Of a stretch of 64,000 bases of DNA, positions 25,241-34,764 are shown one piece after another. The translations under genes and the position numbers were made by a program. The number at the start of each line of letters is the position of its first letter. Within the stretch, counting starts at the first letter, position 1. A model generated the notes under the pieces. That model was given only the letters and a program-made list of their open reading frames with translations. It had not been told where the DNA came from and made no database searches. Source of the DNA: an uncultured Pseudomonadota bacterium (lineage in GTDB: Bacteria; Myxococcota_A; Bradymonadia; Bradymonadales; GCA-2716585); the NCBI GenBank assembly GCA_937123825.1, contig CAKZKQ010000781.1:18434-82433 (forward strand), written 5' to 3'.

Positions 25241-25393
25241 CTCTGTGGGGTTTGCATTGGCGTGTCTCCAAATGCGGCTTGCACAACTCTGGCACACACT
25301 CTGCGCGCCATCTTCAAAACATCGCCGTCAGCGGCGCACAGCCAGCCACCACAATGGGATCGTCAAAGAAGGTTTCTTATCAAGGAGGCACTG

Positions 25394-26722
25394 ATGCACC
25401 CCATTTTGCGCATTGTTGGTATCGGATGTGTGTTTGTGATGATGACGGTGGCGTGGTTTGTCCTGGGCGGGATCATGGTCGAGCGGACCAACTCGCAGCA
25501 AAACAAGCTGCGCGGCCAGGTCTCGGACCTGTGGGGGAGCCCGCAGGTGCAGCAGGCCCCCGAGTTTACCTTTCACTGGCAGACGGAGCGAACCGACGTC
25601 AGCACCGAGAAGGTCGATGGGGTGGAGAAGGTGGTGCACCGGATGGTGACCGTGCCGCACAAGGCCTCCAAAGACCCCAACTCCACCAAGGTCAAGGTGG
25701 GGATGGTGCTGGATCAGCGCCTCAAGGGGTTGATGTGGTACTCGCTCTACGACGTGGACTTTGCAGGTCAGTGGACGTACACGCACGAGGGCAAACACAG
25801 CGGCGAGCTGGATTTGAGCTTCGCGTTCCCCAACGCGCAGGGGCTTTATGACAACTTTCAGTTTGTGGTCAACGGCCAGGAGCGCGCGGACAGCCTCAAG
25901 CCGGAGAACGGAAAGGTGTCGCTGCGGATGCCAGTGGCCCCGGGCGATGAAGTGACCCTGGAGGTGCGCTACAGCAGCCGCGGCATGGACGAGTGGCGTT
26001 ACTCACCGTCGCGCGGCGTGGCCAACCTGGAAGATTTTGAACTGGCGATGACGACCGACTTTGATCGGATCGACTTTCCGGCCTACACGATGTCGCCCTC
26101 CGAGCGCACACAGCGCCCCGAGGGAGGCTGGTCGCTGGCGTGGCGTTTTGAGCAGGTGGTCACCGGCCACGGCGTGGGCATGGTGACGCCGCAGCAGCTC
26201 CAGCCCGGAGAGATGGCGTCTTCGCTCTCGTTCTCGGCGCCGATCTCATTGGCGTTCTTCTTTGTGGTGCTCTTTATCCTGGGCACCATCAAGGGCATCG
26301 ACCTGCACCCGATCAACTACTTCCTGCTTGGCGGGGCGTTCTTTGCCTTCCACCTGCTCTTTAGCTACTCGGTGGATCACCTCCAGGTGGTGCCGGCCTT
26401 TGCGCTCTCAAGTCTGGTGAGCGTGGTCCTGGTGATCTCTTACCTGAGGTTGGTGGTGTCGGCGCGCTTTGCCTTTGTGGAGGCGGGTCTGGCCCAGTTG
26501 ATCTACCTCATTGGCTTTAGTCTGGCGCATTTCTGGGACGGCTTTACGGGTTTGACGGTGACGGTGCTGTCGATCATCACGCTCTTTGTGGTGATGCAGT
26601 TGACCGGGCGCATCAAGTGGTCCGAGGCGATGAAGCGCAAGGGGCCGAACAAGCCCGAGCCACCTGCCCCGGTGACGGCTGTGCGGGCCGGTCAGTTTGA
26701 GATTCCGTCGTCTGGAGAATAA
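25394..26722 (+). CDS. CreD-like inner-membrane (cell envelope integrity) protein
   Basis: AAGGAGG at 25382-25388 precedes the ATG at 25394. One N-terminal TM segment, a ~290-aa periplasmic domain, then about 5 C-terminal TM segments. The length and layout fit the CreD family. Confidence 0.65.
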   Translation: MHPILRIVGIGCVFVMMTVAWFVLGGIMVERTNSQQNKLRGQVSDLWGSPQVQQAPEFTFHWQTERTDVSTEKVDGVEKVVHRMVTVPHKASKDPNSTKVKVGMVLDQRLKGLMWYSLYDVDFAGQWTYTHEGKHSGELDLSFAFPNAQGLYDNFQFVVNGQERADSLKPENGKVSLRMPVAPGDEVTLEVRYSSRGMDEWRYSPSRGVANLEDFELAMTTDFDRIDFPAYTMSPSERTQRPEGGWSLAWRFEQVVTGHGVGMVTPQQLQPGEMASSLSFSAPISLAFFFVVLFILGTIKGIDLHPINYFLLGGAFFAFHLLFSYSVDHLQVVPAFALSSLVSVVLVISYLRLVVSARFAFVEAGLAQLIYLIGFSLAHFWDGFTGLTVTVLSIITLFVVMQLTGRIKWSEAMKRKGPNKPEPPAPVTAVRAGQFEIPSSGE

Positions 26723-26781
26723 ATGCCCTGCGTGATAGAGGTTCCAAACCTGGAGCCTTTGATCACACAGGAGCCTTGACC

Positions 26782-28857
26782 ATGCCCACCGCCCTGCCCC
26801 ATCCCGTGCGCCGCGCCGCTTTGTTGGCCCTCTTGCTGGCTTTGACGTCTCTGGCCTGGGCGTGCAGCTCATCGCCTGCGCGCCGCCCCACTGCCAAACC
26901 CACCGCCGCCGAGCAAGCCCCGGCCACCCCCGACGGTCGCCTGGATCTGACCGCCGAAGGGGGCTTGAAGCTGACGGGCGAAGGGCTCAAAACAGGCGGC
27001 CTCTACCACGTGCGCGACGCAGGCCCCTGGCCCGACCCCGATGCGTCTGGCAAGCGCCACGCGCCGATCTCGGCAGTGGTCACCGTGGACGCCCAAGGCG
27101 CGGCGTGGCTGGTCCATGACCGCGCTGGCTCCACGCTGCAGAGCGCCGAGGTCTTTGCGGCCGTCCCCAAAGGCAGCGCCTACCCGCGCCGCGCGGCGGT
27201 GGGCGGCGAAGCGTTTGTGATGGACCTGACCACCCAAACGCCGATGGCGCTCAAGGCTGGCGATCGGGCGGTTCTGGTGGACGCGACGGCCTCTGGGCCG
27301 ATCAGCTCACGCGTGGTGGGGATGGCGTACGCCAAAGGCGACAAGTGGCGCGTGCAAAAGAAGGTGGCGGGCAAAAAACCGCTGCTGGTGGTGCGCGTCG
27401 ACAGCGTGGACGACACCAAACGGGCCACAAAGCTGGCCGTGAACCTTGAGGCTGGCGACTGCAACCAGGCCCAACACGATCCCTGGCGCTCGGGGCTGTC
27501 CCAAACGACGGGGATCGACGAGTTGGATCGCCTGAACCTCGACGCACAGAGCGACGTGCGCGTCTCGGCCGTCATGATCGACTGCAAAGGGGCCAATCCG
27601 CGCCTTGAGCTCCAAGCCCCCGCTGGTGGCCGGCTCTTGAACACGCCCTTCTGGTCGCCCGAAAAGATAAAAGTCTCCAACCCCGACGTCGCCCGCGCGG
27701 TTTTGGCCGCCTACCGAGGCGATCGGGCGCTGGCGATGGCGCTCTTGGCCGACGCACCTGAAGGCGATCCGTTTGTGCAGGCGGCGTTGGCGCTGGAGCT
27801 GGGCTGGTCCACGGACGTCCCGGCGCTGCTGTCGGCGTCCAACAACACGCTGGAGGCCAAGCTCATTCGCGCGGGCGCCGCCTACGAACTGGGCGCCCTG
27901 GAGGCCGCCGACAAAGAGCTTCAGAGCGTGGGTGAAGACACCGGCTCGGTCGATGGCAGGACCGAAGCGCTGCGCGCGCGTGTCTTTATGGCCAAAGCCG
28001 CCGTGGCGCTCTCAAGAAAAGAGCCCGGCAAAGCCGTCGAAGTGTTGCGCGCCGGGCTGGAGGCCACCAAAGAGACACTCCACGAGTGGACTCTGGAGCT
28101 GTCCATGGCCGAGGTCTCCATTGCGCGCGGCGACTTTGAGATGTTCAAGAAGTCGGTGGCCCGAGTCGTGGCCCAAAAGGATCTGACCGTGATGCAGCGC
28201 GGCACGGCGCTGCGCTACCAGGCAATGATCAGCCGCCTTGAAGGCGACGTGGCCTCTTCGATGAACACCTACCAGCAAGCCGCCGAGGTCTTTGAAGAGG
28301 CCGGCAACCACCGTCAGGCTGCCCTGATGTGGCGCTTTGTGGTTGAGGTGGCCATGGAGAACGATCCGTCACGGGTCGAGCAGGCCATGACCCGCGCCGA
28401 GGGTGCAGCCGCCAAGAGTTTTGATCGCAGCACCACCAGCACCATCGCCAGCGAGCGCTTTGTTCTCTTTTGCATCCAGCACGTTCAGGACGAAAACCCG
28501 CCTGTGGAGTTGGCCCGGACCCTGGAGGAAGCCGCTGCTGACGCCGCGCTGCGTGCAGGGCGCTACGGAGAGCTGGCCAAAGTCCGCCGCTACGGCCTGC
28601 TGGTCATGGCCCCCAACGCCGACATCGACGCCAAAGCCCGTCAGGTCGAGAGCGCCCTGGACGCCGCGCTGGCCACCAACGGCATGGAAGAGATCGTGAT
28701 GCTGATGAGCTTGATGGCACAACTCGAAGGGGCGCGCTTTCGCTTCAAGCAGGCCGAAGCGCTGCTGAACCAGGCGCTGGCCTTTGCGCAGACCAGCGGC
28801 GACGCCGAGCTTGAGGCCATGATCAAGGCCGAGCTTGAGGCCATGTCCGAGCGCTGA
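26782..28857 (+). CDS. Secreted (possibly lipo-) protein with a C-terminal TPR-like helical domain
   Basis: CAGGAG at 26768-26773 precedes the ATG at 26782. The signal is RRAALLALLLALTSLAWAC. The C-terminal half is Ala/Leu/Glu-rich helical repeats. Confidence 0.55.
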   Translation: MPTALPHPVRRAALLALLLALTSLAWACSSSPARRPTAKPTAAEQAPATPDGRLDLTAEGGLKLTGEGLKTGGLYHVRDAGPWPDPDASGKRHAPISAVVTVDAQGAAWLVHDRAGSTLQSAEVFAAVPKGSAYPRRAAVGGEAFVMDLTTQTPMALKAGDRAVLVDATASGPISSRVVGMAYAKGDKWRVQKKVAGKKPLLVVRVDSVDDTKRATKLAVNLEAGDCNQAQHDPWRSGLSQTTGIDELDRLNLDAQSDVRVSAVMIDCKGANPRLELQAPAGGRLLNTPFWSPEKIKVSNPDVARAVLAAYRGDRALAMALLADAPEGDPFVQAALALELGWSTDVPALLSASNNTLEAKLIRAGAAYELGALEAADKELQSVGEDTGSVDGRTEALRARVFMAKAAVALSRKEPGKAVEVLRAGLEATKETLHEWTLELSMAEVSIARGDFEMFKKSVARVVAQKDLTVMQRGTALRYQAMISRLEGDVASSMNTYQQAAEVFEEAGNHRQAALMWRFVVEVAMENDPSRVEQAMTRAEGAAAKSFDRSTTSTIASERFVLFCIQHVQDENPPVELARTLEEAAADAALRAGRYGELAKVRRYGLLVMAPNADIDAKARQVESALDAALATNGMEEIVMLMSLMAQLEGARFRFKQAEALLNQALAFAQTSGDAELEAMIKAELEAMSER

Positions 28858-28872
28858 GCGCCCCTGCGGCCT

Positions 28873-30402
28873 TTACCGACGCCGGACGATGGTCTGGAGG
28901 AAAGGCATCGACTGACACACGATCCCATACTCCTCATCGCTGGTGTACTTCGGCGACTCCCCACAGATCATAAACGCCGCCCCCTGGAGGCTCTCCGAGA
29001 GGGACGGGTGTGCCTGAATGGAGTCGAGCAGCAAGGTGTAGGGCAGGCCGTGCTGGATCATGATGGAGACCTCGCCGATGACCGAGTCCACCCCATCGCC
29101 GACGCCTCGGGCGCCCAGCACGCGATCGTCACCTTCGGGCCCGACGATGAGCTTGACGAAGCCCTGGAGGCTCTGCTGGGTGTGGGCGCGGTGGTTGCGC
29201 ACGTGGGCAAATTTGCCCACCCGGATTTTGTCCCCGTAGAGCTCGCGGGCCTGGGTTTCGTTGAGCCCTGCCCCCGCCACCATCGGCAGCGTAAAGACGA
29301 TGAAGGGCACGTGGACGGTCGAGAGGGCCTCGCTCTCCCCGTACATGTGTTGGATGGCGGTGCGCCCCTCGGCCTCGGCGATGTGGACCAGGCTCAGGTC
29401 ATGCTCAGTGTCGCGCAGGCCAACATCGCCCACCGAGTAGATGTGCGGCACGTTGGTTTGCATGGCGTCGGTCGTGGGGATGTAGTTCCACTTGTTGAGT
29501 TCAACCCCGGCGATGTCCAGCCCCATCCCAGAGGTGTTGGGCACGCGGCCGATGGCCAGCAGCGCCATGTCGGACTCAATCACGCGGCCGCCGCGTAAGC
29601 TGGTGTGGACCTTGCCGTCGACCAACTCCATGGACTCGGCGCGGGCGGAGCGCAAAATGTCGATGTCGAGCATGTGCATGGAGCGCTCAAGCATCTCGCT
29701 GATGTCGGGGTCGTCGTGGCTGAAGATCCGCGCCTGGGTGTCGATGAGGGTGACGCGGGTTCCCAGGGAAGCAAAAATCGAGGCAAACTCGCAGCCGATG
29801 ACCCCGGCGCCCAGGATCAACATCGATTCGATCGGGCGATCGATGTTGACGACCTCGTCGCTGGTCAGGATATGCTTGCCGTCGGGCTCCATGCCGCGCA
29901 GGTGCCTGGGCGAGGTGCCGGTGGCGATGACAAAGTTGGTGGCGGTGAGGGTGAGTTCGCCGCCAGCGGTCAGATCCACGTGGAGGGTGTGGGGATCGAT
30001 GAACTTGCCCCAGCCGTAGTGGATCTCAACGCCGACCTCCTGGAGTTGTTGGGCGCGGACGCTGCGAAGGCGCGAGGCACCCCCTTCACTCTTTTGGTAG
30101 ATGGCCCCAAAGTCCACGCGGGCTCCGGTGACCACCCCTTCCCAGCGGGTGCGCAGGATGTAGAACTCGCGGGCGATCTCGTACATGGTCTTGGACTTGA
30201 AGGCGCCTTCAAGTCCGTAGCCCATCAGTTCTTTGGCGTTGACGAGCGCCACCTTCTTGCCGCGCAGCGCAGCCGAAGTGGCCGCCGCCACACCGCCGGG
30301 GCCGCCGCCGATGACGATCAGATCATATGTGGGGGTGTTCAATGGTTGTGTTCCTTTATATGGCCGGAAAATACCGCGTCCGTTGGGGCTTTTGATAAGC
30401 AT
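28873..30402 (-). CDS. FAD/NAD(P)-dependent pyridine nucleotide-disulfide oxidoreductase family protein (dihydrolipoyl dehydrogenase-like, lacks the CxxxxC redox centre)
   Basis: Rossmann motifs YDLIVIGGGPGG and LILGAGVIGCEF, plus YSVGDV and a C-terminal dimerisation-type region (AHPSLSE). Start is moved to the ATG at 30402, because the longer track ORF overlaps deoB on the other strand. Confidence 0.7.
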   Translation of the reverse strand: MLIKSPNGRGIFRPYKGTQPLNTPTYDLIVIGGGPGGVAAATSAALRGKKVALVNAKELMGYGLEGAFKSKTMYEIAREFYILRTRWEGVVTGARVDFGAIYQKSEGGASRLRSVRAQQLQEVGVEIHYGWGKFIDPHTLHVDLTAGGELTLTATNFVIATGTSPRHLRGMEPDGKHILTSDEVVNIDRPIESMLILGAGVIGCEFASIFASLGTRVTLIDTQARIFSHDDPDISEMLERSMHMLDIDILRSARAESMELVDGKVHTSLRGGRVIESDMALLAIGRVPNTSGMGLDIAGVELNKWNYIPTTDAMQTNVPHIYSVGDVGLRDTEHDLSLVHIAEAEGRTAIQHMYGESEALSTVHVPFIVFTLPMVAGAGLNETQARELYGDKIRVGKFAHVRNHRAHTQQSLQGFVKLIVGPEGDDRVLGARGVGDGVDSVIGEVSIMIQHGLPYTLLLDSIQAHPSLSESLQGAAFMICGESPKYTSDEEYGIVCQSMPFLQTIVRRR

Positions 30403-30580
30403 TGACGCTGCCCTGGCGAGGGCAGGATACACTCTGAGACATGCAACAAACAAAATGATGCCTTGACGCATCATCTCAGTGCGGACAGGCTCTACTTTTG
30501 GCGAATGGCGGGCTCGTGGTTCACGACGTGCCTGAAAACCGCCACATTCAAGGAAGAATTTGGACAAGGGGGCAGAAGAT

Positions 30581-31774
30581 ATGGCGCAGAGCGGCGAGGC
30601 TCGGAGCAAGCGGGCGGTTTTTGTGGTCTTGGACAGCGTGGGCATTGGTGAGATGCCTGACGCGGCGGCTTTTGGAGACGAAGGGGCCGACACTCTGGGG
30701 CACATCGCCCAGACTGTGGGCCTGTCCATGCCCAACACTCGTCAAATGGGACTGGCCAACATCCGCGCGCTGCCGGGCATGGGCCCGGTGGACCAACCCA
30801 CCGCCGCGTTTGGGCGCATGGCCGAGGCCAGCCAGGGCAAAGACACCGCCACGGGGCACTGGGAGTTCTGCGGGGTGATCACCGCCGAAGGGTTTGCGAC
30901 CTTCCCCGACGGCTTCCCCGACGATCTCATTGAGGCGTTTTGCCAGAAGATCGGCGTTGAGGGCGTGCTGGGCAACAAAGCGGCCAGCGGCACGGCGATC
31001 ATCAAAGAACTGGGCCAGGAACATGAGCGCACGGGGTGGCCGATCGTCTACACCTCGGCCGATCCGGTCTTTCAGATCGCCGCGCATGAGTCTGTGGTCC
31101 CCCTGGAGACGCTCTACCAATGGTGCGAGGCCGCCTACGAGTTGGTGGTCCCACGTGGCTTGAGCCGGGTGATCGCCCGGCCTTTTGTGGATCAGTGGCC
31201 CAGCTACACCCGCACGTACAACCGCAAGGACTACGCCGTGCCGCCGCCCCAGGCGACGCTCCTTGAGAAACTCGTCGAAGGCGGCGTGGAGGTGACCGGG
31301 GTCGGCAAGATCCCCAGCATCTTCTCTCACCGAGGGATCACCCATGAGGTGCACACCCACGGCAACGATCACGGCATCGAGATGACCATCGAGGCCATCA
31401 AGTCGGGCCGCCAGGGGCTGATCTTCACCAACCTCGTTGATTTTGACGCCCTCTACGGCCACCGGCGCAACCCCCAGGGCTACGCCCAATGCCTGGAGGA
31501 CTTCGACAAACAGCTCCCCGCGCTGGTCGATGCGTTGGATCCGGGCGATCTGCTGATCCTCACCGCCGATCACGGCAACGATCCCACCTACAAAGGCACC
31601 GATCACACCCGCGAGTACGTTCCGCTGCTGGTCCACGGCTCCGATGTGTGCGGCGGCGTGGATCTGGGCACTCGCCAGACCTTTGCGGACATCGGCCAGA
31701 CGCTGGCGTCGTTCTTTGGCATTGCGCCGCTGGACGCCGGGACGTCCTTCCTTGATCAACTGGCGGGAGGCTGA
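30581..31774 (+). CDS. deoB: Phosphopentomutase
   Basis: Contains VVLDSVGIGEMPDAAAFGDEGADTLGHI, DPVFQIAAHE, FTNLVDFD..YGHRRN and ILTADHGNDPT. I chose the ATG at 30581. Confidence 0.9.
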   Translation: MAQSGEARSKRAVFVVLDSVGIGEMPDAAAFGDEGADTLGHIAQTVGLSMPNTRQMGLANIRALPGMGPVDQPTAAFGRMAEASQGKDTATGHWEFCGVITAEGFATFPDGFPDDLIEAFCQKIGVEGVLGNKAASGTAIIKELGQEHERTGWPIVYTSADPVFQIAAHESVVPLETLYQWCEAAYELVVPRGLSRVIARPFVDQWPSYTRTYNRKDYAVPPPQATLLEKLVEGGVEVTGVGKIPSIFSHRGITHEVHTHGNDHGIEMTIEAIKSGRQGLIFTNLVDFDALYGHRRNPQGYAQCLEDFDKQLPALVDALDPGDLLILTADHGNDPTYKGTDHTREYVPLLVHGSDVCGGVDLGTRQTFADIGQTLASFFGIAPLDAGTSFLDQLAGG

Positions 31775-31778
31775 GCCC

Positions 31779-33077
31779 ATGCGCGTGGTGGACATGATCC
31801 TGCGCAAGCGCGAGGGTCAAGCGCTGGACACAGCGCACATCGCCGAGTTGATCGCCGCCTACAGCAAAGACCAGGTGCCCGACTACCAGATGGCGGCGCT
31901 GGCCATGGCGATCTACTTCCAGGGGCTCAACCGCCAGGAGCTGCGGGCCTGGACTGAGGCAATGCTGGACTCGGGTCAGCGGCTGAGCTTTGAGGTCGAC
32001 GCCCCCCTGGTGGACAAACACTCGACCGGCGGCGTGGGCGACAAGGTCAGCCTGATCCTGGCGCCGCTGTGCGCGGCGGCGGGTCTCTGCGTGCCGATGA
32101 TCTCTGGGCGCGGCCTGGGGCACACCGGTGGCACGCTGGATAAGCTGGAGTCGATCCCGGGTTTTGACGTCGCCCTGAGCCCTGAGGCGATGCGCCAACA
32201 GATCGATCGGTTGGGCGTGGCGATCGTTGGGCAGACGGCGCAGATCGTCCCTGCCGATCGACGCCTCTATGCATTGCGGGACGTGACCGGGACCGTGGCC
32301 AGCGTGCCGCTGATCACCGCCTCGATCATGTCCAAGAAGCTGGCCGAGGGTCTGGACGGGCTGGTGCTGGACGTCAAAGTCGGCTCGGGGGCGTTCATGC
32401 GCAACGTCGAGCACGCCCGAGAGCTGGGCCAGACCATGGTGGCGCTGGGTCAGGACATGGGCGTCGACACGCGGGTGCTGCTGACCGACATGGATCAGCC
32501 GCTGGGCAACACGGTGGGCAACGCGCTGGAGCTCAAAGAAGCCGTGGAGACGCTGCGCGGCCACGGCCCAGACGATCTGGTCTCACTGGTGTGTGAGTTG
32601 GCCGCCGAGATGATGCACGCAGGCAAGCTGGAGGATGATCGCCAGCGGGCCCAGGAGCGCGCCAGATCGCTCCTAGGCGACGGCAGCGCCCTGAACGTCT
32701 TCAAGGACATGATCGCCGCCCAGGGGGGCGACGTGGCCTACGTGGACGATCTGGCTCGCCTGCCAAGCGCGGCCAGGCGCACGGTGGTGAACGCCAAGGT
32801 GTCGGGGTTTGTGGATCGCTTTGCGTGCCTTGAAGTGGGCGCGGTGGCGATGGAGTTGGGCGCGGGCCGGGCCAAGTCCAGCGATCAGATCGATCACGCG
32901 GTAGGGCTGGAGTTGCACGCCAAGCGGGGCGATCGGGTTGAAACCGGCCAGCCGCTGGCCACCTTGCACCACCACAGCCACCAGGATCCTGCGGCGCTGG
33001 TTGAGCGGCTGCGCGCGGCGATGGTGATCAGCCCACAAGCCCCAGCCGATCACCCGTTGGTTTTGGAACGGCTGTAG
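31779..33077 (+). CDS. deoA: Thymidine / pyrimidine-nucleoside phosphorylase
   Basis: GGGAGG at 31765-31770 precedes the ATG at 31779, 5 nt after the deoB stop. Contains DKHSTGGVGDKVSLILAPL, SGRGLGHTGGTLDKLESIPG and IMSKKLAEG. Confidence 0.9.
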   Translation: MRVVDMILRKREGQALDTAHIAELIAAYSKDQVPDYQMAALAMAIYFQGLNRQELRAWTEAMLDSGQRLSFEVDAPLVDKHSTGGVGDKVSLILAPLCAAAGLCVPMISGRGLGHTGGTLDKLESIPGFDVALSPEAMRQQIDRLGVAIVGQTAQIVPADRRLYALRDVTGTVASVPLITASIMSKKLAEGLDGLVLDVKVGSGAFMRNVEHARELGQTMVALGQDMGVDTRVLLTDMDQPLGNTVGNALELKEAVETLRGHGPDDLVSLVCELAAEMMHAGKLEDDRQRAQERARSLLGDGSALNVFKDMIAAQGGDVAYVDDLARLPSAARRTVVNAKVSGFVDRFACLEVGAVAMELGAGRAKSSDQIDHAVGLELHAKRGDRVETGQPLATLHHHSHQDPAALVERLRAAMVISPQAPADHPLVLERL

Positions 33078-33120
33078 GGGCAAAGCACAAATGAGGGGGC
33101 GGCCCTGAACGTCCAAGAAA

Positions 33121-33163
33121 TGCAAAAGCCGGATAGAACAATCTATACCGGCTTTTGCATTGT
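33121..33163. terminator. Bidirectional rho-independent terminator between deoA and rplL
   Basis: tgcaaaagccgg (33121-33132) pairs with ccggcttttgca (33148-33159). The stem carries A/T runs on both sides. Confidence 0.7.
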
Positions 33164-33228
33164 CTGGAGCAGTGCGCGGCCACCCTCCGAAGAGGGCGAC
33201 GGTGTTCACTGCGCAGCGCGGGCAGAGA

Positions 33229-33612
33229 TCATTTGATCTCGGCGGAGGCGCCGGCTTCCTCGAGCTGCTTCTTGAGCTCTTCGGCGGCGTCTTTGGCGAT
33301 GCCTTCCTTGACGGGGCAGGGAACGCCTTCGACGAGCGCCTTGGCTTCTTTGAGGCCCAGACCGGTGATGGTGCGGATCGCCTTGATGACCTGGATCTTC
33401 TTGGCGCCGAAGCTGGTCATGATGACGTCAAATTCGGTCTTCTCTTCTTCGGCAGCAGCACCTTCACCAGGGGCAGCCATGACGACAGCGCCACCACCGA
33501 CGGCGGCCTCGACACCCCAGGTGTCTTCGAGGTCTTTGACGAAGTCGGCGAGCTGCTTGATGGTCATGTTGCTGAGGAAGTCTTTGACCTGATCGAGAGT
33601 CACATCAGCCAT
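33229..33612 (-). CDS. rplL: 50S ribosomal protein L7/L12
   Basis: 127 aa with the Ala-rich hinge and the C-terminal block [25 protein letters not shown]. Confidence 0.97.
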   Translation of the reverse strand: MADVTLDQVKDFLSNMTIKQLADFVKDLEDTWGVEAAVGGGAVVMAAPGEGAAAEEEKTEFDVIMTSFGAKKIQVIKAIRTITGLGLKEAKALVEGVPCPVKEGIAKDAAEELKKQLEEAGASAEIK

Positions 33613-33718
33613 GGTATTACTCCTTTTCTTTCAATGGCCCGCGCGTTGAACATTGGCGCGGGAGGTTGTTGTCATCCAAAAAAGCGTTTTGCGGAAGCGG
33701 TGTGTTGTGCGCAGGCGA

Positions 33719-34255
33719 TCAGGCCTCGCCACCTTCTTCCTTGAGTTTGTCTTCGTAGGCCTTGAGCACGGCGAGGAACTGACGCTGCGGGGTGATGAGC
33801 AGCGCAAGGAACTTGCCAGGGACCTGCTTGATGAGCCCGAGGAGCTGGGCACGAAGCTGGTCTTTGCTGGGCATGTCGGCCAGGGTCTTGACGGCGTCTT
33901 CACCGGGGATGGCATCGCCATCGATGTAACCGCCTTTGACCGTGAAGTTTTTGTTGTCTTTGAGGAAGTCCTTGACGATCTTGGCCGGCAGGGAGGGTTC
34001 CTCGGGGTGCCACGCCAGCGCGGTGGGCCCGGCGAGCATCTCGCCCATGGCCTCGGCGGGGGTGCCTTTGACGGCCAGCTTGACGAGGGTGTTCTTGGCG
34101 ACCTGGTACTTCACACCGGCCTTGCGGAACTCGGCGCGCAGACCGTTCATGGTCTCCACGTCCATGCCGGACAGGTCGGTGAGCAGGATCGAGGCGGCGC
34201 CGCCCAGCTCGGTGGTGAGATCGGCGACGATCTGTTCTTTTTCGGCGCGCAGCAT
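33719..34255 (-). CDS. rplJ: 50S ribosomal protein L10
   Basis: AGGAGG lies 7 nt upstream of the ATG at 34255 (MLRAEKEQIV...). It sits directly upstream of rplL. Confidence 0.93.
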   Translation of the reverse strand: MLRAEKEQIVADLTTELGGAASILLTDLSGMDVETMNGLRAEFRKAGVKYQVAKNTLVKLAVKGTPAEAMGEMLAGPTALAWHPEEPSLPAKIVKDFLKDNKNFTVKGGYIDGDAIPGEDAVKTLADMPSKDQLRAQLLGLIKQVPGKFLALLITPQRQFLAVLKAYEDKLKEEGGEA

Positions 34256-34764
34256 GGCCGAACCTCCTGGTTTCGTCATTGCCCCTCAAGGCCGCTTTGC
34301 GATCTTGCTGGGGGATGACCGTATTGAATCACAGGCGCTGTGCTGGGCAGGTCTGACGTTTGGACAATAAAAAACCCTCTGGGCGGCGTGTGGTGTTCCG
34401 CGGCAGAGGGTCGTGGGTCGGGTGGCGTTGCCAGCTTTTGTGCACACGATGCGTGTGTGGGGCAAGGTCCAGGGACGACTCTGACTCTCCGCAGGGGCCA
34501 AGGCGTATGCCAGGGCAATTAGAAACCCACTTCTCTGAGCTTGAGGTGTCTTTTATTATGTTCGCGTCAAGTCAGCCTTGTCAGCGTCATCCTTATCTGT
34601 GTCATTGGCCGGTTTGGCCAAGGCCGTGGGCCACTTTATCAGCGGCGTTGTGCGTCACATGGAATGTGGGGCACAGCGGGACGCTAATTTGCAGCTTCTG
34701 GCCGGGAAGTCAAGGCCAATCCTGCTTTGAGGCAGCGATCGGGCCTTTTTCTTCACGCTTTGCT
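34256..34764 (-). promoter_or_regulatory. rplJ leader / rplJL promoter region (expected L10 autoregulatory leader)
   Basis: A 509-nt non-coding gap between rplA and rplJ, in the position of the L10 leader in other bacteria. I did not verify the structure. Confidence 0.4.

Noticed and set aside
24020-25393. Possible RNase P RNA, tmRNA, SRP RNA or cobalamin riboswitch in the long non-coding region
   Set aside because: A GGUAAGA-loop hairpin (24624-24645) and an ACAGAAU string resemble RNase P elements. However, the universally conserved P4 sequence GAGGAAAGUCC is absent on both strands. I found no tRNA-like 3' end (GGUUCGA..CC) for tmRNA. No SRP GGAA/AGCA domain-IV motif is present, and the B12-box GCCACUG appears only as the imperfect GCCACCUG. 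None of these identities can be supported by eye.
28873-30738. The full 621-aa version of the flavoprotein ORF
   Set aside because: The N-terminal 112 codons overlap deoB on the opposite strand and are Ser/Pro/Arg/Ala-rich. The Rossmann fold starts ~25 aa after the internal ATG at 30402.
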